From NCBI GenBank assembly GCA_043228905.1, contig JBHGNT010000016.1, positions 16,430,001-16,494,000 on the forward strand: a DNA stretch of 64,000 nt. The letters run 5' to 3'. A program made the translations under genes and the position numbers. The notes beneath the pieces are model-generated. The model was not told the DNA's origin and ran no database searches. It was given only the letters and a program-made list of their open reading frames with translations. How positions within the stretch are numbered: position 1 is the first letter of the stretch; each line of letters starts with the position of its first letter. Shown here piece by piece: positions 46,922 through 60,808 of the stretch. The stretch is from Azolla caroliniana (lineage: Eukaryota; Plantae; Polypodiophyta).

Positions 46922-49900
46922 CTACCGGCGTCTGATTCGGGAGCAGCCCTTCTTGGGCATAGAGCCTTTGTATGGCTTTAGTCTAAATCCGTTGACCCAT
47001 TTACCCTGCACTTCGCCGACAACTATCCCTAACTGGTAAGACCCATTAAACTCGCGTGTGATCCAGTACGGTCCGGTCCATCTAAACCGTAGTTTGCCTG
47101 GCATTTTACCCATCCGGGTCTGGAACACTAGTACCGGCTTGCCGATGCCAAACATTTTCTCGTTGCCCTTCCGGTGCCGATCTACAAACACTTTCTGTCG
47201 TCGTTGTTCCAATTCCAGGTGCATGATGCTCGCCAGTCGGTGTTCTTCTAGTTCACACAGAGCCTTTAACCGAATTGCCTCTGATTCCTTTTCATTGAGT
47301 CGTTCCCGAATCTGAATCCGTAAGCTTGGTACCTGGAATTCGACCGGCATGACTGCCTCTAATCCGAATGCTAACCGAAACGGTGTTGTTCGAATGCTTG
47401 TCTTGTACGTTGTCTGATAGGCCCAGAGCGCACTATGCAGCTTCGTATCCCAATCCGTCCGGTTTTCGTTGACGATTTTCCGGAGGATATTCTGGAGTGT
47501 TTTGTTCGTCGACTCAGCTAACCCGTTTGCTTGCGGATAGTACGGTGAGCTTCGTTTATGTACTACCGCATAGAACGTTGTCAAACATTCTACCACCTGT
47601 CCAAGAAAGTGCCCTCCTTGGTCGCTTATCAGCTCTATGGGGCATCCTTACCGGCACCAAATGCATTCGTATAAGAATTTCTCCGTTGACGCCGCGGTGT
47701 TGTCTCGTTGGGCTTTCGCTTCCACCCACTTAGTGCAGTAATCCGTCGTGACGATTACGTACCGGTTACCGGTTCTCATTGCCGATGGTTTAAATGGCCG
47801 GACAAAATCCAGCCCCCATTTCTGGAATGGTTCTAGTGGTAGGACTGGCTGATGCAACATCCTAGCTTGTTCCGTTGGTTGGCCCATTCGCTGGCATAGA
47901 TCACACTCTTTCGCGTACCGGACTGCGTCTTTCAATGTAGTCGGCCACCATAAGCCACTTTGCCATATCTTCCTTGCCGTCGCATCCCCGACATAATGAC
48001 CTCCGGCGACTCCGCAGTGTGCCTCCCGTAGTATTACCTCTTTCTCGTCGCTGCGCACCGCTCGTCGCCAGATACCATCCGCACCTTTGTGGTATAGCGT
48101 GTCCTATAATAAACAGAAGTGTCGGCTTTGTACCACCAGGCGTTTTCTCTCGTCTCGGTTCATCTCCTCCGGAGGCAATCCGGTACTCAGAAACTGGTGC
48201 ATATTAGTTAGCCACTTATCTTCCTGTGCCAACGTTTCATCTGTTGCCGTTTCCATGGTGACTCGAAAAAGCTCTGCATCCGGAAACTCGTCCGGTACCC
48301 TGTCACCCATCTCCCCGGAATCTAACCGGCTTAGATAATCTGCTACCGCATGCTGTATGTCGGGTCAGTGGAATATCTCGAATTCGAACTCCTGCAACAG
48401 CAAGGTCCACCGGGCCAACTTACCGGTACGTGACGCTTTGGATACTAGGTAGAGGAGTGCCGAATGATCTACATGGAAGGAGAACTTTCTTCCTAATAAA
48501 TAATGCCTGAATTTTGTTACACTGTAGATCATTCCTAAAGCTTCCCTTTCCGTGGTAGAATAATTTCGTTCTGCTTGGTATAGCTTCCGGCTGGCATAAT
48601 ACCCTGGCCGGTACCACCTTGGCTTGGTAAGCTGCATGAGCGCGCTGCCGATTGCGATGTCGGAGGCGTCCACGAACACATGAAACTCTTTACTCCAATC
48701 CGGAGGCTGCACTACCAGTGCTTGTGACAATAATACCTTTAGTGCCCGGTATGCCTTGTCTTCGACGTCTGTCCATTGGAATGGTGTTCGGTGTACTGCC
48801 ACATGCAGAGGTGTAGCCAGGTCCGCCAAATATCAGAGCATACAGCTATGCCAACGGATTTGTCCTAAGAAACGGCTCAATTCCTTTGCCGTTGTCGGTG
48901 CCGGTGCTTCTAGGATTGCTTTCACTTTGTCCAGATCTACGGCAATGCCTTCCTTGCTCACAATATGCCCTAGTAGCGTTCCGCTGGATACTCCAAATAC
49001 ACACTTCACTGGATTCAGGCTTAGCCAGTACGCCCTACACTTCTCTAGACATAGTCTGAGATGCTGCAAATGATCTTCTTCTCTACTATAGACGGCGAAG
49101 TCGTCAAGGAACACCTGCATAAAGGTCGGTATGTATTCGCTAAAGATCTCCATGATGATCCGTTAGAATGTTGTTGGTGCCGTTTTCAGTCCGAACATCA
49201 TCACCACGGCAACAAACACTCCCCATTCGGTGACGAAAGCCGTTTTCTCTTGATCATCAGGGTGCATCCGGATCTGATTATACCCGTTGAATCCGTCTAA
49301 GAAATTATAGACTTCATGGCCGGCGACGGCATCCAAAACTCCATTCGTAAACAGAAGTGGAAATGCATTTGTTACCGTTGTCGCATTGAGCTTCCGGTAG
49401 TCAACACAAACTCTAATTTTGTCGTTCTTCTTCTGTAGGACTACGATCGGGCTCAACCATGTAGATTTCTTTACGGGATGGATGAAGCCAACCCTCAGCA
49501 ATTTGTCGATCTCCTCCTTGACTTTGGCGGCGTAGTTTGGGTTCATCCGGTACCGACGCTGTGCAACCGGCTTGGCATCTTTGCTCAGATGTATCTGGTG
49601 CTAATACAACTAAGGATCCAGGCCTCTCATATCCTCATAAGACCAGGCAAATACGTCGCGAAACTCGTTGAGGAGTGTAATTATCGCCGTTTTGTTCTCT
49701 GCATTCATTTCTTTGGCGATGTGCACCGGTTTTGCCTCCTCCGTCGTTCCTAGATTTACCTCTTCTAATTGAGACGCTTTTACGCGCTATGATACGGCCA
49801 TTTCCCTTTCCAACGCCTCCTGTGCTTGCCATAACTCCCGGATTGCTTCTTTATCCGGTTCCCCTTCGGTTCCATCCGGTTGCAGTAAGTAGGGTGATAC

Positions 49901-51732
49901 CGCTTCGGCGATGTCAATTTCGAATAGGGGTACAATCTTCGGGCTCTCCAGCAAGTACTGATCTTCTTCTTCGTCTCCTAATTCTTCCAGCATATTGACG
50001 CACTCCGCATATAACGGTGTCAGATCCTTGCCGGTGCCCTTCCTTGGTTGTGTTGGTACCCGTACCTTCGCTTTTTCCCGCCGGAACGTAATCATATTCC
50101 TCCTCCACTTCTGCTTGATGTGTGCTGTCTTTAACCAAGGGCATCCCAATAATAATGGGTACGCTCCTTGAGCCTGCAACTTGAGAACTATGGCTGAGAT
50201 TTGGAATGTGTGGCCCCCGATGGTTACTTCTAAGTCCCGTATTAATCCTGTTGGTCGCACCGAGCTTGTGTCCGCCATTCGGAGCCAGAACAGACATGGC
50301 TCCCACTCTTGGATTCCAAGAGCATCGCACGTCCGGAGGCTGATTACATTAACGCCGTAGCCTCCGTCTATTATCGTGCCAAGGAGTTCTTTCCCTTTCA
50401 CAATGGCCGTAATTGCCAGACTGTTGGTGTCCACCACCGCCGGTCCCTCCTCCGGATTTGAGAAGAATGTTGGAGCCGGTGGTGTTCCGCCTGTCGACAT
50501 GCCAAACTTGAGTCCTTCTGTGAATCTTGGTACTAGCTGCAAGAGTCGTCCTAATGGTAGCACGATCTGGCATTCCTGCAATACCTGCCATGTCACGTTT
50601 TCGGACTGACTGCCATCGGCGAGCTCTTCGGTGTTCTCCTTTTGCTGCGCAAGTTCTGCTACGTTTCGCTCATTTGCCTTTTTCACCCATTCTGTTGCCT
50701 GTTTTCGGATGGCCTCTTGTGTCTCCCATTCCGTCGTCTTGCCCTTCGACCTTGTGGTGACCTGCTGTAGGTCTACGATTTCAGCGACTACCATGTTTAC
50801 TGCCGATCGCTTATCATAGCTCTTTGCCAGACATTGATTACTGTAATGTCCTTCTTTCCGGCAATAATAGCAATATGCTTTCTAGGTATTGCTGGATTCG
50901 GCATTGTTTCCTGGACATGGTGGAGGGCCTGTGGTAACCGCGGGGCTCTGGTCCGGTTGGTTGCTTGAGGCGCCTTTTTCCGGTTCACGTGGGTGGCTCC
51001 CGTTTTTGAAATGTTGTTTTTTATTAAAGTTCTTTTTGTTACGGTACCATTGCCGGGGTTGGTCGTCATACCTCCCGTAATCTTCCCGTCGTTGGTGATA
51101 ACCGGGGGAGTGATCTCGGTTGTGATGCTCGTACTGTCCATTGTAATCTCGGTACTTGTCATATCTCTTGTACCGGTCATAGTTGTCTCACCGATTGTCG
51201 TACCGGACATCCTGTGCCGGTCGATATCACTCCTCTCGCCGCCAGCGTTCGTCTTCTTCGTCTCAGCTGCTACGTGGCTCAATTTGCCGGACTGGTGGTG
51301 CTTGCTGATTCAATAAGTTATATTCACACCGGTCCATCGTGTGGCTCGTAGATTGGCAGAGTAAGCAGTGCGTCCGCATGGTGCACTCCAGTGACGAGTG
51401 TCCGGAATTCAAGCAAGTTGAACATTGGATTGCTTGCCAGAAACGGAGATCCTCATCGGTTGGTAATGCTCGTTGGAGGGCTCCCATTGTTAGCCAAGAG
51501 CTCGTTTTCTCCATTTCTCTAACCCGGTCGATGACCTAGTCGACAGTGCTTGTGTGAAAGTCGATGACCATGCATACCGTTCGTAGAGGTTCCCGAAGCG
51601 CGGCTAAAAATATAGCCCACGTTTCTTCCTCCGGAGGTGCGCGGGTAAGCTGATTGTGCATCCGTTGAAACCGGATGACAAACATCACGATGTATTCTTT
51701 TGGTGGTGGTTTCACACTATGTATTGAAAACA
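46922..51732 (-). pseudogene. gag-pol of the Athila/Tat-like element
   Basis: Fragmented ORFs 46922-47596, 47648-48058, 48365-48829, 48833-49153, 49163-49546, 49787-50794, 51263-51736. Confidence 0.92.
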
Positions 51733-53204
51733 TCACGACACCGGCTTTTCCGGATCCTTCGGCATAGTGCGATCACTGCCGATCTCCTTTGTCGGTATAT
51801 CCGGAACCTGATCCGGACCCGGTTCTCTCCGAATTGGCACGCTTTTTCTAGCACTCGCTCTCCCTATGGCCTTTCTTGCCATAGTACCAACATTCCGCAG
51901 CGGAATTCCCTTGCCTGTTCTCATCGCCTCGACTCCCCCTGTTTCCGAAGGGTCCAGAGTTGACGTTGGCATCACTTCGGTACCTTCTTTCTTGATCCCG
52001 TCAGCTGCCTCCATTGCGCACCGACTCGCCTCGTCCGCCACAACCACAAGGTCTATCTCCCTCCATGTATAGCATCTTGTTGTCGGCATGCGTGCTTGTC
52101 AACGCACCCGCATGATTCTCTTCTACAAGGAGCATCGATTGTAGGTCGAAAAACGACGGCGTATTCTCCCGTGTACACACAGCCGTTCGGAACGCTCCGA
52201 ACTTCGACACCAGTCCCCCGAGACAGATCTGCACCATCTCGCCTTGCTCGATGTCCACATCGATAGAGGCTAGGGAGTCGCATCTCTATGATCTTCGAGG
52301 TGTAATCAGCCACCAACAAGTCGCGTTATCGTAGATTGCTCAGCTCCTGTCGGAGTTGAAGCTTCCTGGCTATAGTGCTTGCGGTGAAAATCTTCTTCAG
52401 ATTTCCCCAAGCATCTTTCAGCGTTTTTGCATCCCGAATGTAGCTTAGGAGTTGTTCACCCACACAAGACGTGAAGCAGTGCAGTACTCTGCTCGCCTAC
52501 TATTCCCACGTCGGGAAATCTCTATGTGGCTATTCAGGTGCTATGTCATTTGCTCCGTTGACATAGCTCCAGTAACCGTGCCCGAGCAGGTACTGGTGCA
52601 TCTTGTAGGACTAAGACGCGTAGTTGTTTCTGTCGAGCTTCTCGGTAGGAAGTGAGCTAGTCATGCCTTTATCCATTTTGCCGTTTTTTTTCTCTGTTCT
52701 TCTTGGTTGGTTTTCTTTTCAAGCTATGTCGGTTGCTCTGATACCATGAAAAGAATAGTGTGCGGAAGCAAGTAGAAAACCGAACACAGAAAATACGCAG
52801 GTTTAATGGAGAGCTTGAATATACACAGCACATGAGAGAGACAGAGAGAGAGTGATAGAAGACACGAGACTCTATTCAAAAATAATACTCAGTCTCTACA
52901 TACACCATGCTCAGTGAGCACCTTTTATACAAGCCCTGACAATCGGGCTGACACAAGTACTGGCAGTACTTGAATGCTCATAAATGAGCCTACTAGACTA
53001 ACTCCCAAAATTATTCCTTACGAGGAATATCTTCCCAACGGCCTCACGGTTTACGCACCGCTACGACCTCTCGTTGCGAACTGGTTTGCATAATAGTTTA
53101 TGCACCTGGTTTACGCACCAGTCCGGCCTAACCGATCGGTGCCAACCGATCCGGTTCTCGGCTTGCACAGTCGATCCGACCAATGTTGAGCTTGTATCTC
53201 AACA
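51733..53204 (-). mobile_element. copia 5' end: gag pseudogene, Met PBS (52735-52746), 5' LTR 52747-53204
   Basis: gctctgatacca; gag homologous to 403-1076; possibly the same copy as 28514-31501, but no matching TSD seen. Confidence 0.88.
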
Positions 53205-56200
53205 CTTTCATCGAGAACTCGATGCACTGCATTGAGATCTCGTTGAAAGAGGTGTCCCTTTGAATGGGACTCGATGCACTACGTCGAGTTCCTGCTGAAA
53301 GGGAGACTCTTGATTGGGCGACATGCTGTTAGATGGATGGAGATTTATTTCTCGAAGCAATGTGATGTAATACCCACCACTAGAAGGTATTGAGCGGCAA
53401 GCTCAACCAGATCCAGATCGGCATCCCGAAGGATGAGCTGGATCGGTGAGCCGGTGAGCAAGCGAGCCGGTGAGCTGGGGAGCCAGTTAGCCAGATCCAG
53501 CAATAACTGGAAGCCTAGTAATAGCTTAGATTATTAGCTAGTTAATAGTCTCGTAATTAGTGTCAGACGCTCGTGTCAGCATTGAAGTATGTTGTATTTC
53601 TATCAATCCTCTACGGACTTGTATAAATAGTGTTGTTGAGCACATTTCATGTACAGAGAATTATTATTGTTTTGGAATAGATTTAAAACCTTTTGCTCTC
53701 TCACTCTCTCTGTCTCTCCCGCGTACACTTTGTGTTAATCTCTCTCTCTCTCTCTATTGCTATCTGACAAGGCCGGTTTGTCTAACGCTTCTGCACATAA
53801 ACGTTAACATGGTATCAGAGCGCGAGGGTTGAAAACCTCTACAACCGACATTTGCTTTCACAAGACAAACCCTACAGGTTGTGAGAACATAACAGTAGAC
53901 AGAGAAAAGAAAAAATATGGACAAAGGTATGGCGAGTTCACTTCCTACAAAGAAGCTCGACCGGAGCAACTACGCGTCCTGGTCATACAAAATGCACCAA
54001 TACCTACTGGGGCATGGGTATTGGAGTTTCGTGGAAGGAACGAATGAGGTAGCACCAGAGACTGGACACAAGGACTTCCCAGTATGGGAGCAAGGAACGA
54101 GCCGAGTATTATACTGCCTCGCGTCCTGTGTGCACAACCAGATGCTCGGTTACATCAGAGATGCAAAGACACCAAAGGAGGCTTGGGAAAATCTACGTAA
54201 GATTTTCGCCGCAAGTACCACAACTTGTAAGTTGCAGCTTCGGCAAGAGCTGAACAACATCCAACAAAGAGATATGTCGTGCGATGCACTTGGGTCCATC
54301 AACGTGATGGTGGACGAAGAAGAAATGGTACAAATCTTCCTTGGTGGTCTAGCGTAAAGGTACGGACCAATCCGGACAGCGATTTGCACCCGGAAGAAAC
54401 CACTGACCTTCTTCGACTTGCAGTCAATGCTGATGGTCGAAGAAATCCACGCAATTGGGTCCAGGACCACTCAATCAAACAACCGGATGCTGTACACAGA
54501 GGTGGATAGGCCCCGTGGGCATGGAGGACAAGGTGGGTCGGCACACACTGGAGGCGGCCGGCAAGAGCAGGAAAGAAGGCACAGAGAACGCACCGACAGT
54601 AGTTCCGGAACATCCACAAGCAGGGGGAGTCAAGGTGGCGCCAGAGGCCGGCAAGATAAATCCGCCACGGAATGCTTGTACTGTGGCAAAAAGGGCCACA
54701 GAGAAAGCGTGTACCAGATGAGAAGCGTAGGAAGTTGGATGCAAAGTCGGAGAAATGCATCCTCGTCGGCTACTCACATGAGCAAAAGGGGTATAAGTGT
54801 TATAACCCCAGATGATGCAGGTCCGAGTTAGCCGCGATGTCGAGTTCGATGAAACGGCTTCATGGTATTCCTTACCAACTCCAACTTCCAACCCCAACCC
54901 AATGCCGGAGGATGAGGCTAGTGAGCCTATACCGGCCCAAGTAGAAGATGATGAATCCGGGACTCAAGAAGAGAGTCCAGAATCGTTTCGGTTGAGTGGG
55001 CCGAACGAGAGACTGGGTCAATCCGACCAGTCCAATGAGGATCCGGCGAGTAGTGAAGACTCTGTCATGCTCTCCCTACGCAAGGAACCGAGGAAACGGT
55101 TCACACGCAAAGAGAAGGGGAAGAAGAAGCTGATGGAATACGAAACCGGCAATGTTGAGTCGGATCGGAGCGAATCCAACTCTGGTATGGAAGAAGGCGG
55201 ATCTTCGGGAACGAAGTTCGAACCAGCCAAGAAGGGCCTCAAACCGGGTAACGGTGGATTACACCGGTCTTCCCGCCAAAAGAACCCCGTGAAGCAGTAC
55301 GGGTACAATGAGTACATGGCGCATCACTATGCGTACATAACCAAGGTAGTAGAATTGCGTGAGCCGGAGAGCTATGCAGAAGCAGCAAAGGACGCAAATT
55401 GGCGTGCCGCTATGAAGGAAGAAATGCAGGCACTCGATGCCAACGACACATGGGACGTAGTCGACCCTCCCCGACACTATAAACCGATCGGATGTAAGTG
55501 GGTGTACAAGGTAAAGTAAAATGCTAATGGTTCGGTTAACCGGTACAAGGCCCGGTTAGTGGCGAAGGGATACTTGCAGACCCACGAAATTTACTACAAC
55601 GAGACCTTCGTTTCGGTAGCAAAAATGACGACGGTTCCTGTGGTACTAGCGGTTGTTGCGGCAAGGGGGTGGCATCTTCACCAAATGGACGTGAAGAATG
55701 CATTTCTTCAAGGTGATCTTGAAGAAGAGGTCTTTATGACCCAACCGCCCGGTTTCCAGACGGAGATGAACAAGTCGGCGGTATGCCGACTGAAGAAGTC
55801 ACTTTATGGCCTGAAGCAAGCCCCCCGAGCTTGGAATGCGAAGATCATGCACCGGTTGCGTAAGATGGGGTTTGCTGCCTCCAACTCTGACTCTTCGTTG
55901 TTCATTCGGTAAGGTCCAAACAATCCAGTTTGCATCTTGTTGTACACTGATGATCTAGTCATCACCGGACCCGGACTCGATGAAATCAGCCGAGTCAAGT
56001 CCCAGCTGTCGGATGCATTTGAGATGAAGAACCTGGGAGACCTTCACTATTTCCTTGGGATCGAGGTGATCGAGGTGATCCTTGTATTGAATATGTTGTA
56101 CAAGTTCGGCATGACGGAATGCCGACCGATCTCCACACCCCTAGACCGGAACCAGAAGCTCTGTCCTGACTCCGGACCGGCCTGTGATGAGAAACGGTTT

Positions 56201-58729
56201 TGACAAATGGTCGGAAGCCTTATATACTTGACCATCACCTGACCCGACATCAACTATCCGGTCGGCGTGATCAACCAATATATACAGCAACCGACCGTGG
56301 ACCACCTTCTGTGCGCGCATCGAATTTTGCGATATGTGAACAACACGGAGGAACTGGGACTGTTATACCAGCATGGTATAACCGAAGAGATAGTTGGCTA
56401 CACCGATGCCGACTTGGCCAACGATGCATCAGATCGCCGATCCACCTCCGGATATATGTTTTCCCTTGGTAGCGCGGCTGTTGTGTGGAGCGGCAAAAAG
56501 CAGCCAACAGTGGCCCTTTCGAGTATTGAGGCTGAATATCAGGGCGCTACCGTCGCCACCTGTGAAGCCATTTGGCTTCGGCGACTGCTGCAAGACGTAC
56601 GGATCAAGGTACCGACCCCGATCCTGATCCACTATGACAATATGAGCAGCATGCAGCTCACCAAAAACCTTGTATTCCATGCTCGCACAAAGCACATAGA
56701 AGTGCACTACCACTTCGTGTGTGAGCGTGTCCTGAGCGGTGACGTCGAACTTCGGTATGTTCATATGGATCGGCAAGTTGCCGACATCTTCACCTAACCG
56801 CTCGGATCGGACAAGTTGCAGCACTTGACCGAAATGCTTGGTGTTCAGCATCTCGACGTGCCACACTTGAGGGGGAGAATGGGCAAAGACACCGGAACGG
56901 GAAAAGGCAAAGAGATTGTTGATTGCACTGGTAAGGGAAGAACCGTCAAGGGGAGAGACAAGAAGAAGAAAGGAGTCGATTCAACAAAGGAAGTTGACAC
57001 ATCCGAACAAGTCGGAACAAGCGGTAGCAGTGGGAGAATCAAGAAGGACAAAGCTGACCGGAAGAAGAAGGCAAAGACCCGGACATGGTCCGATGTGGTG
57101 AAGGGCCTGAGACAGCCGATTCAGTTCAACAGAAGGATTCCTAAGAACCGGATCAATCCAAGGCCAAGAGGACGAGAAGGTAGCGAAAGTCGACACCAAC
57201 ACGAAGGAATCGGCGAACGGGTACGCGTCGAAGTCACAGCAGCGAGGGAGCTGAATTGGGCCTGTTGATCAGATGAGCCGACCGAGAAGGTCGAGGTGCA
57301 CAAAACCAGAGGGGTCGCGGCAAACGGGACCGGACCGGACGAGTAGCATGCGCGAGGCGGGGTGACTCTAGAAGGAGCCGGGTGGAAGGACCAGCTACCA
57401 TGGAGACTAACACCACGATCCGACCTCAAGTTGAGCTTGAGGGGGAGTGTTGAGCGGCAAGCTCAACCGGATCCGGATCGGCATCCGGAAGGATGAGCCA
57501 GTGAGCAAGCGAGCCGGTGAGCTGGGGAGCCAGTTAGTTGGATCCAGCAATAACCGGAAGCCTACTAATAGCTTAGATTACTAGGTAGTTAATAGTCTCG
57601 TAATTAGTGTCAAACACTCGTGTGAGCATTGAAGTATGTTGTACTTCTGTCAGTCCTCTTAAGACTTGTATAAATAGTGTTGTTGAGCACGTTTCATGTA
57701 CAGAGAACTATTATTGATTTGTAATAGATTTAAAACCTTCTGCTCTCTCATTCTCTCTGTCTCTCCCGCGTACACTCTCTGTTAATCTCTCTCTCTCTCT
57801 GTTGCTATCTGGCAAGGCCGGTTTGTCTAATGCTTCCGCACATAAACTTTAACAAAAGGTTACATTTGTCGGATAACTTCACTCTTCGTGAGTTATACCA
57901 AGTCTATAAGGATGACATGTTACTGGAAGGTGTAGCTTATATACAATATAGGCATTTCAATCGTTTATGGAGATCGAAGTTTAACAATGTGGTCATACCC
58001 CGCAAGGTCTGGATGGGTGTTTCTTTGATCTGCGCAAGTTTAAAAAGCTTGGCAAAGAGTGGGACAAGAGATGAAGAAATAACAAAATATAAGACTTTAT
58101 TGAGAGACCATCGAGAAAGCCAAGGATTGGAAAGATCTAAAGCTATGTACCATCGTTAAGAAGTGATTCTATCACTAGAAAGATACATGTGCTTGATTAT
58201 AGATGGGATGGATCAGAAGAAAACTTGTTTCCCACATTTTTGAAGATTGCCCAAGGATATTGGAGATGAATGCCTAGTGCAGATGCAATTAGTAGGATGT
58301 CTTTTGTATTTTCAGACAATAAGGCCTCAAGTGTTCTTAACATATCCAAATATCCACAACGACCCTAATCTTACAGTTACAGTCATGCAAAGAGTTATGC
58401 AAAATTGGCAAGGTTTACTTCCACCAGTACTATACGTGCAACTTCACAACACGGCGAGAGAAAGCAAGAACTCAACTATGTTTGGTTACCTGAGCATGTT
58501 AGTAGACATGAGTATTTTCAAAAAGATTAAGGTCAACTTCTTGCTAGTTGGTAATACACATGATCACATAGAACAAATGTTTAGTAGGTTCTCCAAGAAA
58601 TTAGCGAGGTGCAATGCTTTCAAACTTCCTATGCTATCAAGGTTGATTACTAAAGCTTATACCCCCAAGCCAGATGTGCAACATTTAGATGAAGTATATG
58701 ATTTCAAACGCTTCTATTTGGATGGTGAT
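53205..58729 (+). pseudogene. Sola-type DDD transposase relic, split by the copia insertion and truncated by chromovirus C
   Basis: Reads through the TSD as RWMEIYFSKQCDVIPTTRRLHLSDNF; then C..C-like region, LIIDGMDQ, LYVQLHNTARESKN, FLLVGNTHDHIEQMFS. Confidence 0.72.
53388..57854 (+). mobile_element. Internally deleted Ty1/copia element
   Basis: LTRs 53388-53809 and 57448-57854; PBS 53810-53821; PPT gagggggag; TSD gaagg/aaagg; gag 53917-54710 joins the integrase C-terminus directly, then RT-RH. Confidence 0.94.
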
Positions 58730-60155
58730 TGTCAAGAGAGAGAGAGAGAGATAATTCAAAGGGAATTATTATATTGAAGAGTAAAATGGATTACAAAGAG
58801 TAGGCAATAGAGTGCTACAAAATAGTGTTGAAACCATTTAGGTTTGGGATAAGTGGTAGATCCCTATTTATAAGTAATAGAGAATACTCTAGAATATTCT
58901 AAGTTCTCCTAGAATGTAGAGTAATCTAGAAGATTTCTAGAGTATTCTAAAAGGTTCTAGTGTATAGAACACTCTAGAATATTCTAGGTTATTCTAGAAT
59001 GTAGAGTAATATAGAATATTCCTATGATATTAGATTTCATATTCTAAAAACTACATATAAGAATGTTAATACAATGGTTAAAGATTTGACATGTGTACAA
59101 CAAGGTCATGGGTTCAAATCCTTTTGAGGCATAATGTGAGTCTCATGATCCTTTAGATGCATGATGTGAGTGTCATCATGACACTATCCCCTTTCTTCGA
59201 CGACACGTCGCACAAGTCGTAGGGTTTGTATTAGGACCTTTTTTACGAGGATATTGCTGATGAAATGCAGTGACAAGTTCCGCAGCATTGGAAAGATTTG
59301 CAGCAGGTTCCCAAGTTTGATCATTGCGGGTATAGCCTAGCTAATCGACTAAGTAATATAGCTTGTTGCGCACGATTTTATAGTCGAGAATGGCATCAAC
59401 TTCAAATTCGGCTCCATCCAAGAACTCGACAGGTTGTGGGGGTGTCGTAAAACGGCCTGGAATTGAACTTGTAGTATAAGGTTCCAAAAGGGATAATTGA
59501 AACACCGGATGAAGATGCATGTGCGGAGGGAGACCAATACGAAATGCAACATCAAGTATCTTACCAGTGATGATGTAAGGGCCAAAACGTTGGTAATCCA
59601 ATTTACTGCAAGATCGAGTGGTCTTGATGTTGTGTTGGAGAAGCCATACATGATCCCCAACGTAGAACTTTTCTGAGCAGTCTAGACGATGACGATTGGC
59701 AAGCCTCTTGTGTGTAACTTGAGCATCCTGTAAATTGTGGAGAATGGTTGTGTGAATTTTTTGGAGGCGACTAAGATGATCCTCGGCAGTAGGGTTCGTA
59801 GGAATGTCTGGATGTGCATTCATCGTCCACCGAGGATGACAACCCGTATTTGCGAAAAATGGGGAATATACTATAGAAGAATGGGCTAAGTTATTGTAAG
59901 AAAATTCCTCCAAGTGCAAAATATCAACCCAATCATCTTGTTGATAGTTGATGAAACAACGAAGATATTGCTCCAACGTTTGGTTGGTACGCTGAGTTTG
60001 GCGATTTGTTTCGATATGATAGCCCGAAGAAAGCTAAACCGAAATGTGGAGAAGTTTGAACATGTGCTTCATAAACTTTGAGACGAATTTTGTAGCACTT
60101 TGTTGCCTACTCTTTGTAATCCATTTTACTCTTCAATATAATAATTCCCTTTCAA

Positions 60156-60197
<42 letters not shown>

Positions 60198-60311
60198 TAA
60201 CAGTTTGAACCAATTTAGGTTTGGGATGAGTGGTAGATCCCTATTTATAAGTAATAGAGAATACTCTAGAATATTCTAGGTTATCCTAGAATGTAGAGTA
60301 ATCTAGAAGAT
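58730..60311 (-). mobile_element. Chromovirus C remnant: 3' LTR 58730-59183, IN-chromodomain fragment, rearranged 5' LTR piece 60087-60311
   Basis: ORF 59341-59976 homologous to the integrase/chromodomain of B; PPT ctatccccttt on + strand. Confidence 0.88.
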
Positions 60312-60808
60312 CCGGTCCAGTTCTGTACAGCCCAATTCGGTCGCCCTCCGGTTCTGGTTCTATCCAATCCGGTTCTGTCACCGTCCTTCAGTCCAACCCG
60401 GTTCGATGGCCATCTGGTCCGATCTGGTTCTGTCTTCGTTCAGTCACCATCTGGTTCCGGTTCCATCGCCGATTCCGGCAACTTAGCCACATCCATCCAT
60501 CAAGACAAAGTGGCCCAAGTTCAACCATTGCTTTTGTGCTCTCAACACATAGATAAAAACTAATGGTTTTCAATCTGTTTATATAGCTGGATCCTAAAGT
60601 TTCCTATCTATGTGGGATATCTCACAATTTTGTTTTCCTCTTCTTCTCAAACTTCACACACAGCTAACTTGATACTTGTTTGTTTATTTCATGTGTAGTA
60701 AAATGCGTTATGAAGCTCTTGAAGACATTTATCTTTTAATAACAAACCATGTAATCTTCAATAATTATTTTACTAGTTTTCATATCGTGTGTGAAGATCC
60801 ACATGACA
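60312..60808 (-). repeat. Partial LTR related to the 1077-2072 family
   Basis: Reverse complement contains tgtcatgtggatc..., gagatatcccacatagatagg and ggatcc.gctatataaa, like 1077-1500. Confidence 0.6.

Larger units (their letters stand above)
31502..51732 (-). mobile_element. Athila/Tat-like gypsy element (gag-PR-RT-RH-IN plus 3' extra ORF), 5'-truncated, hosting nested chromoviruses
   Basis: 3' LTR 31502-31964 (TGTTA...TAACA, TATA on minus strand); pol 46922-50794 with IIDGG, LDGFNGYNQI, FLDD, VDAS, YSTTERE, WGLDF, YPQANGLAE, WTGPY; gag knuckles at 51263-51514. Confidence 0.88.
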
